NCBI GenBank assembly: GCA_951406725.2 | Contig: OX597831.1 | Span: 82,832,001 to 82,896,000, forward strand | Source of the DNA: Octopus vulgaris | Taxonomy: Eukaryota | DNA length: 64,000 nt | Direction of reading: 5' to 3' | Shown here: positions 14,299 to 29,432 of the stretch, piece by piece | How positions within the stretch are numbered: the first letter of the stretch is position 1 | Layout: every line of letters starts with the position of its first letter | Made by a program: the position numbers and the translations under genes | Notes under the pieces: generated by a model | Told to the model about the DNA's origin: nothing | Database searches by the model: none | Seen by the model: only the letters and a program-made list of their open reading frames with translations

Positions 14299-14329
<31 letters not shown>

Positions 14330-14464
14330 TCCATATATACACATATGCACACCCACATGCACACACACACATGCACACATATGTTTGAGTGTGTTTTAAT
14401 GCATATTAACATTTTAATGCACTAAAATGTATGCAAGAACATCCACAGAAAAAACTGCACATGT

Positions 14465-14615
14465 CATCATCATCATCGTTCAACGTCTGTTTTCCATGCT
14501 AGCATGGGTTGGACGGTTCGACCGGGGTCTGGTAAGCCATGGAGGCTGCAACAAGCTCCAGTCTGATCTGGCAGTGTTTCTACAGCTGGATGCCCTTCCA
14601 AACGCCAACCACTCC
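14465..14615 (-). mobile_element. RTE 3'-tail copy
   Basis: catcatcatcgttcaacgtctgttttccatgctagcatgggttggacgg...gcccttccaaacgccaaccactcc. Confidence 0.85.
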
Positions 14616-15439
14616 GTCCAAGAAGACCCGTCCACCACAGCAGAACTGATAGCCTAAGTCCACCTTGGTAAATACTTATATGTGCAGAGCCCTGCTCTAA
14701 CTCTGTCCCTCCCTGCCTCATCACACACCCCTCCCACATCTCATCTCCTAACACTCACCACTACTCTATCGCTGTTACTATTTGGCTACTATAATCCCCT
14801 TAGAGCAGAAGTGGTACCTACAACATCCACCCTCCCCCTTGCTTACCTTCCTCCTCCTCACACCTACACCACCTCCATTTATCATTATTTTCCCTACCCT
14901 CTGTTCCCATCAATTAGCTCCTTCCTGTGCCCCCATCCACTGCTCCCAACACCATTTCATTCCATTCCATTACTCTCTCTCTCTTCCTTCTGCTATACTC
15001 CATCCTTAACACAGATTTTATGTGTTATTACTCCCAGGACCTTCACATATCTACAAGTATCCACACACACACACACACACACCACAAGTCACCTATTTCT
15101 TTCATCATCTCTTCCTACAGTTACCTCTCCCCCATCTCCAACCATCTCTCCTCACATTTAATCTTCTCCCTGCTCTCCCATTCAGCCCTATACTTGTATA
15201 ACTTCATCCATATTCTCTCCCCACCCTCTGCAGCTTGGGGGTAAACCCTCACACATCTCCACCACCATCTCCCCCTCTCCCCACCTCTAGCTTTCTCAAC
15301 AGGGTTATCCTGGCATCTCTTTTACAGCAAGACTCTTATCTCTATCTCTCTATTATTCTTTTAACCTCTCATCAACTAGAATAAAGCCCCCCCCCCCACC
15401 AACAGTACTCACCTCTTTCTAGTCAAAGAGACCTTTGTC

Positions 15440-15640
15440 TTGCAGAGTGTTTGGTGACCTCACCAGTTCTGGTGCCATGGTAAAAGCACCAAGTACACTC
15501 TGTAAAGTGGTTGGCATTACGAAAGGCATCCAGCCGTAGAAAAGCACACTAAAGCAGGCAAGAGAAACGTCTCTTATTAAACTGTCCAACCCTTGCCTGC
15601 TTGGGAAGCAGACATTAAATGATGATGATGATGATGATTA
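15440..15640 (+). mobile_element. RTE-related 3'-tail copy with (GAT)n
   Basis: aaaagcaccaagtacactctgtaaagtggttggcattacgaaaggcatccagccgtagaa...acattaaatgatgatgat. Confidence 0.75.
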
Positions 15641-15756
15641 TGATATATAAATATATGTGTGTGTGTTTGTGTGTCTGTATGTGTATGTGTGCATGTATAT
15701 ATGTCACACAAATTAATTTTATATAATGAACATAAATATATTAGTTATGTAGAGAG

Positions 15757-15788
<32 letters not shown>

Positions 15789-15892
15789 TATGTGTGAGTA
15801 TTGATTATCTTCCTAATTAGTTTGCATTAAGGTTTGTTATGGGACACTCTATACTGACTTATTACCATACATACACAAACATCTATTTATAG

Positions 15893-16205
15893 CTCTGTCA
15901 GTTATGACGACGAGGGTTCCAGTTGATCCAGTCAATGGAACAGCCTGCTCATGAAATTAATGTCCAAGTGGCTGAGTACTCCACAGACATGTGTACCCTT
16001 AATGTATGGGAAACTCAGCATGACACAGAATGTGACAATGATGACCCTTTTTTGGAATACACGTACAACTTGTTTTTGTCAGCTGAGTGGACTGGAGCAA
16101 TGTGAAATAAAGTGTCTTGCTCAAGGAGAAAACGCACTGCCGGGAATTGAACTCACAACCTTATGATCATGAGCCGAATACCCTAACCACTAAGCCACAT
16201 GCCTT
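15893..16205 (-). mobile_element. tRNA-derived SINE (family B)
   Basis: Near-colinear with 29125-29432. The minus-strand head reads ggcatgtggcttagtggttagggtattcggctcatgatcataaggttgtgagttcaattcccgg (A and B boxes). Confidence 0.85.
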
Positions 16206-16289
16206 CATACACACACACACACACGTGTGAAGGTGTGTGGCTGGGTAGCAATTATCGACTTTCACATAAAAAGCAGCATCTGATTGTGG

Positions 16290-16510
16290 TTGATACTGCC
16301 AGCCCCCTCTGGCCCCTGTGACGGTGGCACGCAAAAAGCATTTGCTACACCCTAGGAGTGGTTGGCGTTAGGAAGGGCATCCAGCTGTAGAAACATTGCC
16401 AGATCAAATTGGAGCCTGGTGCAGTGCCCTGGCTTTCCAGACCCCAGTCGAACCGTCCAACCCATGCCAGCATGGAATACGGACATTAAACAATGATGAT
16501 GATGATGATG
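16290..16510 (+). mobile_element. RTE 3'-tail copy with (GAT)n
   Basis: ggagtggttggcgttaggaagggcatccagctgtagaaac...aacccatgccagcatggaatacggacattaaacaatgatgat. Confidence 0.85.
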
Positions 16511-16726
16511 TTTATGTGCACTTGTGTATGTGTGCCTGGGCGACTTTGAGTATGTACACTCCCCACTGTGTGTATACACAATCACATATTGGGAGTGTGT
16601 TGTACAAACAAGAATGTATGTATTGTAACGTTTGTGTTTTTGTTGACCTTTTGGCAAATAAAACAGCATCATCATTGTCATCATCATCGTTGTAATTATG
16701 CAAAGATTTTTATTTAATGCTAGCTT

Positions 16727-16786
<60 letters not shown>

Positions 16787-16861
16787 ACGTTTTACAAGTA
16801 TGATAAATAACATCGAGAATAATAATAATGATAATGATAATAATAGTAATATTAATAATAC

Positions 16862-16902
<41 letters not shown>

Positions 16903-16920
16903 AATAATAATGTTATTATT
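16727..16920. repeat. Compound trinucleotide microsatellites (TAC)n, (AAT)n, (TTA)n
   Basis: Direct reading. Confidence 0.9.
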
Positions 16921-17671
16921 AATATAGAATTTATTCATGCTAAGCTAACATTATGAACCTGGAATTAAATCTCTGTGAAGAGAAAACAAGAAGAACTCTC
17001 AGAGAATTTCTCATGTTGGAATCTAAGAAGATCTTTTTTTTTTATTTGTGCAAGAATTTTGTTAAATCAAGAATGTATATGAAGCGTTGGTTGGAATAAC
17101 TACTTCTGTAAAAATTTGATTGAAAAAGATTCCAAGGTAAAAGCAGAAAATGGTAAAATAAAAAATGGGATGAAGGAGATGGTGGGGATGTGTAGTGCTA
17201 CAGAAATAACATTGAAGTGGAATTGGTAAGAAAAGATCAGACAAGAGACAATTGCAAGAATTTCATCCTCAAACTCTCCGAACGACATGGTTTCGAGAAA
17301 TAAAACTAAATTCCAATAAAAACAAGAGAAAACTGACATATAATGGTTGATGAAAGATGATAATGACGGAGATGAAAAAGATAATTATATAAACTTTTCT
17401 ACAGATGGTTAGCGGAATTGGAATTGTTTCAAGATCATCAATGTCAAAGACAATATATTCTCTGCAGGGAATAATTGAAGGAAAATGGAAGAATCAAATA
17501 TTTGAAAGTAAAATGGGTCAGTATATGTGTATGTGCATGTATATAAGTGTGTGTGTGTGTGTTTTCATTTATGCAAAACAGAGAGAAAGATGAAAAAATA
17601 CAGATATATGCTATTAAATTTTCAATAAAAAAGCATTGCTTAATTGCTACTATACTTAGAGATGTGTGCAT

Positions 17672-19130
<1,459 letters not shown>

Positions 19131-20163
19131 TAGCTAGTTATACATATATATGTTATCATCATCATCTGTATAATATATGTATACACACACACTGTACTAT
19201 AGTGTGGCTGTGTAGCCCAAGTTAGCCCTTAATATGTGTGTGTGTGTTTGAGTGTGCAATGTTACAATCTGCTGTTTATGCAAGCTGTGAGAGTGTTGAT
19301 CAACTTCCCCAACACATAGGTGGTGCCATTCAAGAAACTGTCTGCAATTCCCAACTTCAAGTCTGCAGATATCCCATAGCTGTGCCTGATTGAAGACTAG
19401 ATCACGAAGTTCTATATTCTGTGGAGAGAGAGATCAAAACTATTGATCTTCCATAGATTTTTGACTTCAGAATCTCCAGAGAAGAGAATATAGTAAATGG
19501 CATCCATTCCTTAGAGAATCCTCAAATCAACCCTACAAACTAACAAATCATAAGGGTTAAACAGTTCTCCCACTGCCTGCAGATTGATAGAGGCACATGG
19601 TAAATTTATTTGGTGGCAGGAGGGGCTCAGTCTGTTGTGCAGCCCAGAAACACAACAAGTTGTTGTAGCAGTGATGGGAAGTGAAACAGACACCAGTGGA
19701 ACACACGGGGAGTTTTGTAACTCTTACCTTTCATCCCTGATGGAGAAAGCACAAAAGTTGTGGAGAAGCTGGTATGTTTGGAGAGTAAGATCAGAGCAGA
19801 AAATGACTGGGTGAAGAAGAGAAAGGAGAGAGACAGGAAACAACAGAGCAGGAGAGGGAGAGAGAGAGAAGATGAGAATAAGAGTGAGTGAAAGAGAGAG
19901 AAAGGATATCTATGTGGTTTTATGTAAGAAGGTGAATTAGTGCGGCCAGAGCCATCGATATTTTCAAAGGAATCAACATATTGAAGTGAAAGACAGAGCA
20001 AAGTTGAAGCAAACGGATTAGAAGGAAGAAGACAGAAAGGCACAAAGCTAGATTCTGTAATAATTTCAGTCATCAATCTTTAATCGCAGTCATCTTTAGT
20101 ATCTCAACAATCTGAAATAATAATAACAACAATAACAACATGTAGAAAGGGTTGTCAACTTAC

Positions 20164-20285
20164 GTTTAATAAGGCATGAAGTTTTGTGTCTTGGAGCACA
20201 GATTCCAGGAAATCTTTATCTGCTTCCGCACAATCTGTCAAACACTGGATTTCTTCAAGACTGTCCAACACCTGAGACACAGCCG
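20164..20285 (-). CDS. CASK: Internal coding exon of CASK/LIN-2 (peripheral plasma membrane MAGUK), first L27 domain
   Basis: Encodes (x)[40 protein letters not shown]. This closely matches recalled human [44 protein letters not shown]. Canonical acceptor tgtttgttgtttgcag| (plus 20286-20287) and donor |GTAAGT (plus 20158-20163); 122 bp, phase 1 in, phase 0 out. Confidence 0.93.
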
Positions 20286-20353
20286 CTGCAAACAACAAAC
20301 AACAAAAACACATTTTCAATGAGAAGCATAGCCACATACATACTATATATATA

Positions 20354-20777
20354 TCATCATCATCGTTTAATGTCTGCTTTCCATGCTAGCATGGGTTGGA
20401 CAATTTGACTGAGGGTTGGCAAGCCAGAAGGCTGCACCAGGCTCCAATCTGATCTGGCACAGTTTCTACAGCTGGATGCCTTAATGCCAACCACTCCGAG
20501 AGTGTAGTTGGTGCTTTTTACGTGCCACCGGCACAGGGGCCAGTCAGGTGGTACTTTGCTCGAATCTTTTTACACATGCCACCAGCACAGGTGACATTGG
20601 TAACAATCACGCTTGAATGGTGCCCTGTTACGTGTCACTGGCATGGAAGCCAGTTGGCTGCTCTGGCAACGATCATGCTTGATGGTGCTCTTGGCACCCT
20701 ACTAGCACGGGCACAAGTGCCAGTAAGGCGATGCTGGTAACGATGACACTCGAAAGGTGCCCTTTTATGTGCCACAG
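20354..20777 (-). mobile_element. RTE 3' UTR/tail copy, about 70 bp upstream of the CASK exon acceptor
   Basis: catcatcatcgtttaatgtctgctttccatgctagcatgggttggac... followed by ggtgc...tttacgtgccaccggcac sub-repeats. Confidence 0.85.
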
Positions 20778-20814
20778 TATACATTACACACACACACAAC
20801 ATGTGCTACTTACA

Positions 20815-21150
20815 AGATGCGTATGGATGAGGTCAGCTTCATAAAGAAGTGTCAAGCTCTAATTGTGGAGGGTATCTGTACATAGACCCAGGAGGAAGAC
20901 ATGGAATGAAGTGGTGAGAAAGGATCTTCGGATGCTGGGCCTCACTGAGAAAATGATAAGGGACCAGAAGATGTGGAAATTTGCTATACTTGATAAGAGG
21001 CATCAAGCTTGGTGAAATCCCTGTCTTCTACAGATATATAGGCTTGTTTCAGTTGCTGGTGCCACTTAAAAAGCATCCATGACCATGTGGCATTAACACA
21101 CCCATGCTGGGGCTGTGTAAATACCCGCAAGCCAGTGGCACGTAAAAAGT
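20815..21150 (+). mobile_element. Diverged RTE ORF 3' fragment
   Basis: atggatgaggtcagcttcataaagaagtgtcaagctctaattgtggagggtatctgt...aagacatggaatgaagtggtgagaaaggatcttcgg reads MDE.S.IKKCQ.L.VEG.C...KTWNEVVRKDLR. Confidence 0.8.
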
Positions 21151-21382
21151 TGCGGTGGGAGGCAAGGGTGTGAGGGATGATTGGTGTCTATTTTAACCTT
21201 TTATTATCAGCATCACACAGACTGGAACAGTTTAATGATAGAACAATGGAATGAACTGAAATTTGGTTTTGTACAATGAAATATTTATAACATAACAATT
21301 ACTTCTATTTTCACTCAACAGAAGCAAGAAGCTGGCAGCATCATCTGCCCATGGGACACAGTCCAAAATGGCATTTCTTGTA

Positions 21383-21538
21383 GCTTTACGTTCTGGGTTC
21401 AAATTCCACCAAGTTAGACTTTACCTTTGAACCTTTCAGAGTCAATAAAATAAATACCAGTTGAATACTAGGGTCAATGTAATCAACTAGCCCCTCCCAT
21501 CTCAAGATTTCAGGAATTCTGTTTATGGCAGAAAGAAT
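21383..21538 (+). mobile_element. tRNA-derived SINE (family A), partial
   Basis: ctttacgttctgggttcaaattccaccaagttagactttacctttgaacctttcagagtcaataaaataaataccagttga. Confidence 0.7.
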
Positions 21539-22082
21539 ATTTAAAATCAGTAAAAAAAAAGCCAAATCTCCCTCCAATGATATCTTCCTGTCTTAAAGAA
21601 GAAGAAACATAAATACATTTGATAATATTGTCTTTGATACACTGTTTAAAACAAGAGGGTCATGGCTGGACGACTTGTGTTTGATCAAAATGAATCTCAG
21701 TCTAAAGAAGAAGTAGTAATAATATTTTGATAATCTTTATTTATTTCTGCTGCAACGGTTTCTGGTTGAGATGGATCTAAACTGGTCGTACCGGATTCCA
21801 ATAGGACAATCCTCTTCTTCATAGCTTCTTGGTTTGTTTTATTCAGATAAAATGGCAGAAACACAACAATGGAGTCATTGAATGATGATGATAGTGCTGA
21901 TGATGATGATGATGCTGGTGGCGGTGGTGTTGAGGAAAATAGAATAATTATCCTGTAAAGAATATTGATTGCAACAACAACAACAACAGTGAACTGTATC
22001 AATAAGCAAGTCAATACCTCACAGCTAAATTTAACTGAATCTATCATTATGCATATATGTATGTGTGTGTACACACACACAC

Positions 22083-22127
<45 letters not shown>

Positions 22128-22529
22128 CACAATACTCACACATATATACATTCACATACATTTTTAGATATATATATATATATATATACAAATACACATA
22201 TACACACACACATGTGAGTGTTTGTCGGTTATTGACGATCAGCATTGAATAGCATTCAACACTTGGAAATGTGAACAAATCTTCACAAAATTATATCAAT
22301 GTGTGCATGTGTATGTATCTATGCATACACACACATGCACACTTGTACGCACACATGCACACACGTGTGCAATCACTCTCGCCCCACCAGTGAGTGTCCA
22401 ACAGTAACAGGAAATATTTCATTTGCAGAATCAGTCTGAGGCACTCATAGAAATGACATCAAACAATCTCCCGTGTGTGTGTGCATGGAGAGGGGACAGA
22501 GAGAGAGAGAGATTAGTGTTGGTGCCACA

Positions 22530-22945
22530 AGGTGCAGATGTGGTTGTATGGCAAGAAACTTTCTTCCCAATCACATAGGTCTAGGTTCAGTCCCACTGCA
22601 TGGCACCTTGGTTGAGTGTCTTTGATATTAACTGCAGAAGCCAACCAAAACTTTGTGAGTGAATTTGGTAGACAGAAACTGAAAGGAAGCCAACCATATA
22701 AAAACAGGTTGGAAAAAGTTGAGAGAGTGGCTGTGTGGTAAGTAGCTTGTTTACCAACCACATGGTTCTGGGTTCATTCCCATTCTGCGGAACCTTGGGC
22801 AAGTGTCTTCCACTATAGCCTCGGGCGGACCAAAGCCTTGCGAGTGGATTTGGTAGACGGAAACTGAAAGAAGCCCGTTGTATATATGTATATATATATA
22901 TGTATGTGTGTGTATATGTTTATGAGTCTGTGTTTGTCCCCCAAC
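22530..22945 (+). mobile_element. Two tandem tRNA-derived SINEs (family C)
   Basis: gtggctgtgtggtaagtagcttg...ggttctgggttcattcccattctgcggaaccttgggcaagtgtcttccactatagcc...ggtagacggaaactgaaagaagccc at 22728-22880, with a more diverged copy at 22530-22697. Confidence 0.85.
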
Positions 22946-23030
22946 ACACGCACACACACAGAGATAAATAAAGAGAGAGAAGGAAAAGAGAGATGTATGT
23001 GTATGTTTATGAATTTATAACAAACGGTTG

Positions 23031-23066
<36 letters not shown>

Positions 23067-23085
23067 GTGTTTGCGTGTGTGTGTT

Positions 23086-23125
<40 letters not shown>

Positions 23126-24864
23126 CGTGTGTGTGTGTGAGAGAGAGAGAATCTGTATCTCCTGTTAAATAGTTCTAATGTCAGTATTAACCAATTTCAA
23201 TATATTTGGCAATGGAAATACACAGCACCAACAGATCTTAACCTCTTTAATGCCATTCTCGAAAAATCTGAAATTAATTTTACATTTTATTTTTTTTTCC
23301 CTTTCCAGCCACTTTCAGAAGTTGTTGTTGTTGCTGTTTTTGTTGTCCCTGCCAGTGATGTTGTTGCACTTGTTATTGTTATTGTCTTTACTCTTCCCCC
23401 AAATTCTAAAATATCCAACCTTTGGAACATTCCCAACAATCCACCCACCATCCCCATATTTTAAAAGCCTACAAATACACATCCTGGGTCAGTTCAAAAT
23501 ATCACACACATACTTGCAGGATTCATTACTAAATGCCCCACTCTCATCTATGCTTGTGTGTGTGTGTGTGTGTGTGTGTGTTTGTGAGCGTGACTAATAT
23601 GTATGTGTATATTTTATACATGTGTATGTGTGTGAGTGTGACTAATATGTATGTGTGTGTATCTTATATGTGTATATGTGTGTGTATGTGCATGGATGGG
23701 TTTGACCCATGAGGAATAACTTTTGTTTTTGAGTCATTTTCAAGATTTTCAAAAATGGAATAACTTCCAGACAATATTGGAAGAAACATTTCTTTTTCAG
23801 CTCCAGATCTTCTCTGACTTCATTGATGCCAGTGCTCCAGTGTGGCCCTATCATGATTAACAAAGTTAAATCTGCCAATTAGTAGAATTTACCAACAACT
23901 GTGAAGGCAGTGTCTATAATTCTTCTCCAAAAAATTACCAATTTGACAAATATCCTTCGTTAGATCAATTAAAACTTTCCATTTTTGTTTTATTTCAGTT
24001 TGGTTCCACAACTTGAGAAATATTTGGGTTTTGTCTTCAGAATCAAGAAATATTTCAGACAACAGCATCGTCAGAATCTTGCTAATTGATTAAATGATAG
24101 GTTCAAATTGCATTTGGGTCAACTTTACTTTTTACCCTTCCAAGGGTCATTAAAGAATTACTATCAATGGAATTAACCAAACCTCTGCAGGTGGGACGCC
24201 AGCATCACCACGGTCTAATGGCTGAAACTTGTAACAGATTAAACTTCTAAAACAGATGCAAATATCCTCAAACAACATCAGTAATGTATTCATAAGAAAG
24301 TTTTCAACAAGGTAAACCCTGTTCTGATGTGACCTAATTGGGCCCAAACATGGCTGTCTGTGCCCCAAAATAGTGTCTGACAATAGTTAATGACCCTCTA
24401 CAAACTCTGAGACAATTCTCCCACGTCTATCATAGAATATCTTCCCATCCTAAGTCTCATTTGACTGAGTGGTTATAAAGTCCCTTCTGAAACATTTCAG
24501 ACTCTGGCCCCTAAACACACAACTGTTTCATTCCTTAACCTTTGCTTTTACTATATCAAGTAGCTTCTGCTCCTTGGATCAAGGCCCCTCAATACATACA
24601 TACCCAATCATTCCTCTATAAAACAACATCTTGTGGGAATTCCCACTTCCCAGCCATATTTTATAGTCATTCAAAATAAACATCAACCCCAGTGATTTCA
24701 CTATGAAGGCCAAGAGCAATGTCCCTTCCTTAAAACAAAACTATTAAAGAGAAAGAAAGGAACCGGAGCCCAGAATATTTAGGGATGTAATGAATACCAC
24801 AGAGTATGTAATGGCACACACACTGTCCAGTTAGCTCCTCCAATATCAGCTGACAACGATAATA

Positions 24865-25590
24865 ATTCTTTCTGATTTTAGCAATTTGAGAGGAAAGGGA
24901 TCAGTCGATTATATGAACCCTACCCCAAAACTGTTACTTGGTATTTATCAAGCCCTGAAAGGATGAAAGGCGAAGTTGATCTTGCTGGGATTTCAATTCA
25001 AAATGTAAAGAGCCGTAAGAAATACTGTTAAGCATTGTGTCAATGTGTTAACTATCATCACAATAACAACAACAGCAACACCAACAACAATAATCCTTTC
25101 TGCTGGATGCACCAGGCTTCAGATTTGTGGAGTGGGGACCAGCTGATTATACTGACTCCAGTGTATCACTGGTACTTAATTTATTGACCCTGAAAAGATG
25201 AAAGGTAAAGTTGACCGTGGCGGAATTCGGACTCAGAATGTAGTGACGGGTGAAATACTGCTAAGCATTTCGTCCAGTGTGCTAACAATTCTGCCAGCTC
25301 CCCACCCTTCATAATAATAATAATAATAGTAATAATAATAATAATAGTAATAATAATAATAATAATAATAGTAATAATAATAATAATAGTAATAATAATA
25401 ATTTTGGCACAAGGCCAGCAATTTTGAGGGTTGGGGTAAGTCAATGTAATCAACACCAGTGCTCAACTGGTACTTTATCAATCCTAAACGGATGAAAGGT
25501 AAAGTCAATCATGGTGGAATTTGAACTCTTAACCTAAAGACAGACAAAATGCAGCCAAGTGTTTTGCCCGGCGTACAAACAGTTCTGCCT
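24865..25590 (-). mobile_element. Cluster of three family A SINEs separated by (AAC)n and (AAT)n
   Basis: Repeated actggtacttaatttattgaccctgaaaagatgaaaggtaaagttgacc...gctaacaattctgccagctc blocks. Confidence 0.8.
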
Positions 25591-27427
25591 TACATAAATA
25601 TATAAATAAAATTACATTAATAATGTTAAGAACGACTACAAGAACAACATTTGTAGCAATGTTTTCCTCTGCCCCTCATGGGAAAGTAGACAATGCAGGC
25701 AGATGGATTTGACACAGTAAACGACTGTCCGCTAATTACATAATTGTCCTGTGAACCAAACATCTGACAAGCAAGTGTAGTTTTTCAACCCATGAAATCA
25801 ATATGTAGAGCATCTACTTTCCATCTCCTGCCAGTTTCCAATAAAAATCATCTGAAGGAAACGAAGGAAAGAGGAAGATCTGAAGAAGAAACTGCAGTAA
25901 CCAGTCCTTACAGAAGTCTTCAACAAATTACCAGGAATCGCTTCATTGTTAAAGTAAACTTTAAAATTTACTTCAGCCATTATTTTGTTTTTACCAGTTT
26001 CAAATTCCAAATAAAATTATCCATTTCCAATAACTATATCACTATGCAATATCTTGGTAGTTTTTCTTGCTTTTTATTGCTCTATACTCTCCCTCTTTCA
26101 TGTAGCATTTCAATTTAAAAGTTAATTAACAGCCATTATCAGGCTGGCAAGGCAGTAGAAATGGTCAAATGCCAGATTAAATGCATCACAGTGCTTTGAG
26201 AGTTTTTACAACAATTTCTATTACACCAAATGGCAGAAGGTCAACTTTGCTTTTTATCCCTCCAGAGTTTGGGAAACAAGTAAAAATTATATATTGGGCC
26301 CCATTCACTGCATCTTAGAAAAATTGCACAAGAAATTAGGTTGAGTCAGCGCCACAAGAGAAGAACTGATTCAAGAAACTATAGTCCCAACAAAACCTGC
26401 TCCTGGACCAACATAGAAGATTAAGAGGAGAGACAGAGCCATATCAGTATACAATGGGATAATGGAATATGGTAAAGTAAGGTTCCCTGTGATTTAGGGT
26501 CCACATCTCAGTTTCAGTTTTAAGGTACAGTTACTTCACATCCTTAACTTTCTTTTGAAATGTTTACCTCAGAATCACATTTCTGTTCCTTTCTGACCAA
26601 CAGGACTTTTTACTTTATTACTCCAAAATATCTGATGCAGGACCCGTAGACAATTTCTAGGGAAATGGTTTAAGGCATGGTATTAATGCCACAAAATCTC
26701 TCTCTCCCTACATATATATATATATAGATAGATTAGTAATAGGATTTATTAGAATCTAGGTGCAACAACACACAGGAAGCCAGAACTGGCTAGGTACCAT
26801 AGCATAGGGTTCACAGTGAGGTAGCACAGCCATGAGATATCATGTGTTAGTGCTATACAACAGGTATGTAAGTACCAAATGCAAATTAAACTGTAGATCC
26901 AACTCGGGGTTAGTTCCAGGTTTGGTGTAGGTATAAAAAGAAAACGAATGGGGCTTAGAATTTTAAACCCCATTTCCATTCTCCTTTACACACACACACA
27001 CACACACACACCGAACAGGCTGCTTTCAAACTGTTTCCATCTGGTCATTTTCCTTGCAAGGCATTGGTCAGCCTGTGACTAGAGTTTGACCAAGATGCTA
27101 CATGATAAGACTGACCCAGAGAGCATGTGGCTACAAGAGGACGTCTCTACATGACATTTATAATGGGTCTCCATTGGTTTCAGTGCTAAGTCTTCAGATG
27201 CTTCATCACACGGTATTAGCATGTCTATGGCTGAGTATTCCATACAACTCCAATTTCAAAGGTATGAATTGATTGTAAGATCTAGAAAATGATACCTGTT
27301 CAACATGGCCCTCGTGGTTATCAAGTGAACTATATTTATATACAAGAAGTGCCAACACACGAAACCTGCAGCACTTGAGTCACTCTGTAACTTCTTATTT
27401 CTTATTTCCTTATTTCCTTATTTCATA

Positions 27428-27842
27428 TTTCTTTACTGCCCACAAGGGGCTACACACAGAGAGGACAAACAAGGATAATCCTTGTTTCTTCCGTTGATTA
27501 TATCGACCCAAGTGCATAACTGGTACTTATTTAATTGACCCCAAAAGGATGAAAGGCAAAGTTGACCTCAGCAGAATTTGAACTCAGAACATAACTGCAA
27601 ATGAAATACCTATTTCTTTACTACCCACAAGGGGCTAAACATAGAGGGGACAAGCAAGGACAGACAAACAGATTAAGTCGATTATATCGACCCCAGTGCA
27701 TAACTGGTACTTAATTTATCGACCCTGAAAGGATGAAAGGCAAAGTTGACCTCGGCGGAATTTGAACTCAGAACGTAGTGGCAGATGAAATATCACAAAG
27801 CATTTTGCCCAGCGTGCTAACCATTCTGCCAGCTTGCCGCCT
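27428..27842 (-). mobile_element. Head-to-tail pair of family A SINEs with an alternative tail (one full, one truncated)
   Basis: tatttctttact(g/a)cccacaaggggcta...gattatatcgaccc...gaatttgaactcagaac occurs twice. The full head is at 27780-27842 (ggcggcaagctggcagaatggttagcacgctgggc on the minus strand). Confidence 0.85.
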
Positions 27843-29124
27843 TAACTACTGTAACTTTAGTCAAAAATATGTACATTTTCTATTTTCTTCTTTGCATTAC
27901 AAAAGCTACACACACACACGTGTGTGTGTGTGTGTGTGTCTACCAATTTATATTTATAAATGTGGAAAAGAAATGGCAGTAAGCTCTGAAAATCCATTAT
28001 TATTATTATTGTGCACTGAAGGTTTGATATAATAATTCACTGATAAGCACATGCATACACACAAACACACACACACTCTTGTAGCAAGGATAATAAACTG
28101 GACATTAATAGAAAAAGAAAATTCCAAAATAATCAACGAAAATAATTTTCCAGAAGGTTCTTTACTGATAAGGACTTGAAAATAAATGGTAGGAGGTTTT
28201 TTGGTGCTAGCTCAGTAAAAGAGTCTCTAAAAATATCCCAAAGATTTTTTTACTGTCTCTTTTAAGATATTTATATCATTCCTTACCGATACTTCCCTCC
28301 ACGTACACTTCCACTGAAATATTGGTGTAAAGTTGCAACATGAAAATATAATGCTTGCTAAGAGCAAAATCCTCTCCAAATATTAAGATTTTATGTCAGA
28401 ATTTCAAAATTTCAAGAATTTCTGATTTAATTTCAGGGATTTTAGTTATTCTGCTGAAAGATGGATTTACAAGGTTGTAGAATCACAAATGCTGAGGAAA
28501 GAAGCCAAATTTAACTATAAAAAAATAATAAAACCCAGCTACTGACTTGGAATACATATAAATAAAATAGATATCCATATATTATGATAATATATTATAA
28601 TATATTATAATATATATATGTCACAGTAATTCTCATTTTTAGTTTCAGTTTAGAAAGACATAACAAGGGGATTCTCTTGTAGACAACAGATAAGAGGTCC
28701 CTGATTTCAAGCTGACCAACCTGTACAGATGATTTGTTTCTAGTGATCAAATGTCTCTGCTGTACGTTAAATCCCTACTTTAGCTCTTTCCTTCCGACAG
28801 ATCAACATTGCCTTCATAGGAGAGCAAGGTGTGCCACACTTAAATGTCAGAGATCCCAAAGCAAAGTGAAATGACTTGCTTTGCACCAACCAGGCTGGGA
28901 ACCAAAACTATAATCTTGTGATTGGGGGTACAACACCCTAAGCACTACACCACACACATGCACACACATGCACACGCACACACACACACACACTGAGTGA
29001 AGTCTCTAGATACAAGCATAGAACATTCCAGAGCTTTCTTCATTAATCAAATCATTCGTTAGATGAGTAATTAAAATACTTATAAATAGGAGTAATGCAT
29101 TCTAAGCCACAGCTTAATTCACAC

Positions 29125-29432
29125 TCCATTGGTCATGATGATTAGGGTTCCAGTTGGTCGGATCAATGGAACAACCTGCTTGTGAAATTAATGTGCAAGT
29201 GGCTGAGTACTCCACAGCACCATGTACCCGTAACATAGTTCTCAGGGAGATTCAGCATGATACAGAATGGGACAAGGCTGCCCCCTTATGAATTACAGGT
29301 ACAACTCATTTTCACAAGCTGAGTGGACTGGAACAACATGAAAGAGTGTCTTGCTGAAGGACACAATGCATGTCAGGTATTGAACTCACAACCTTTTGAT
29401 AACAAGCTCAATACCCTAACCACTAAGCCACA
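29125..29432 (-). mobile_element. tRNA-derived SINE (family B)
   Basis: Colinear with 15893-16205 (agggttccagttg...gtgaaattaatgtgcaagtggctgagtactccacag...accctaaccactaagccac). Confidence 0.85.

Noticed and set aside
15893-16205. tRNA gene candidates in SINE heads (also 22728, 27780, 61065)
   Set aside because: A/B boxes are present, but they run into multi-copy SINE bodies and I see no complete cloverleaf.
21697-22278. 193-aa minus ORF near the CASK exon
   Set aside because: It is built from microsatellite and low-complexity tracts and has no similarity to the expected upstream CASK exon.
24030-24085. Minus-strand CUGACGA...GAAA
   Set aside because: The stems do not pair; consistent with chance.
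27160-27205. Minus-strand CUGAAGA-9 nt-GAAAccaaugg hammerhead-like spacing
   Set aside because: No stem II pairing, no UH cleavage site and no stem I.
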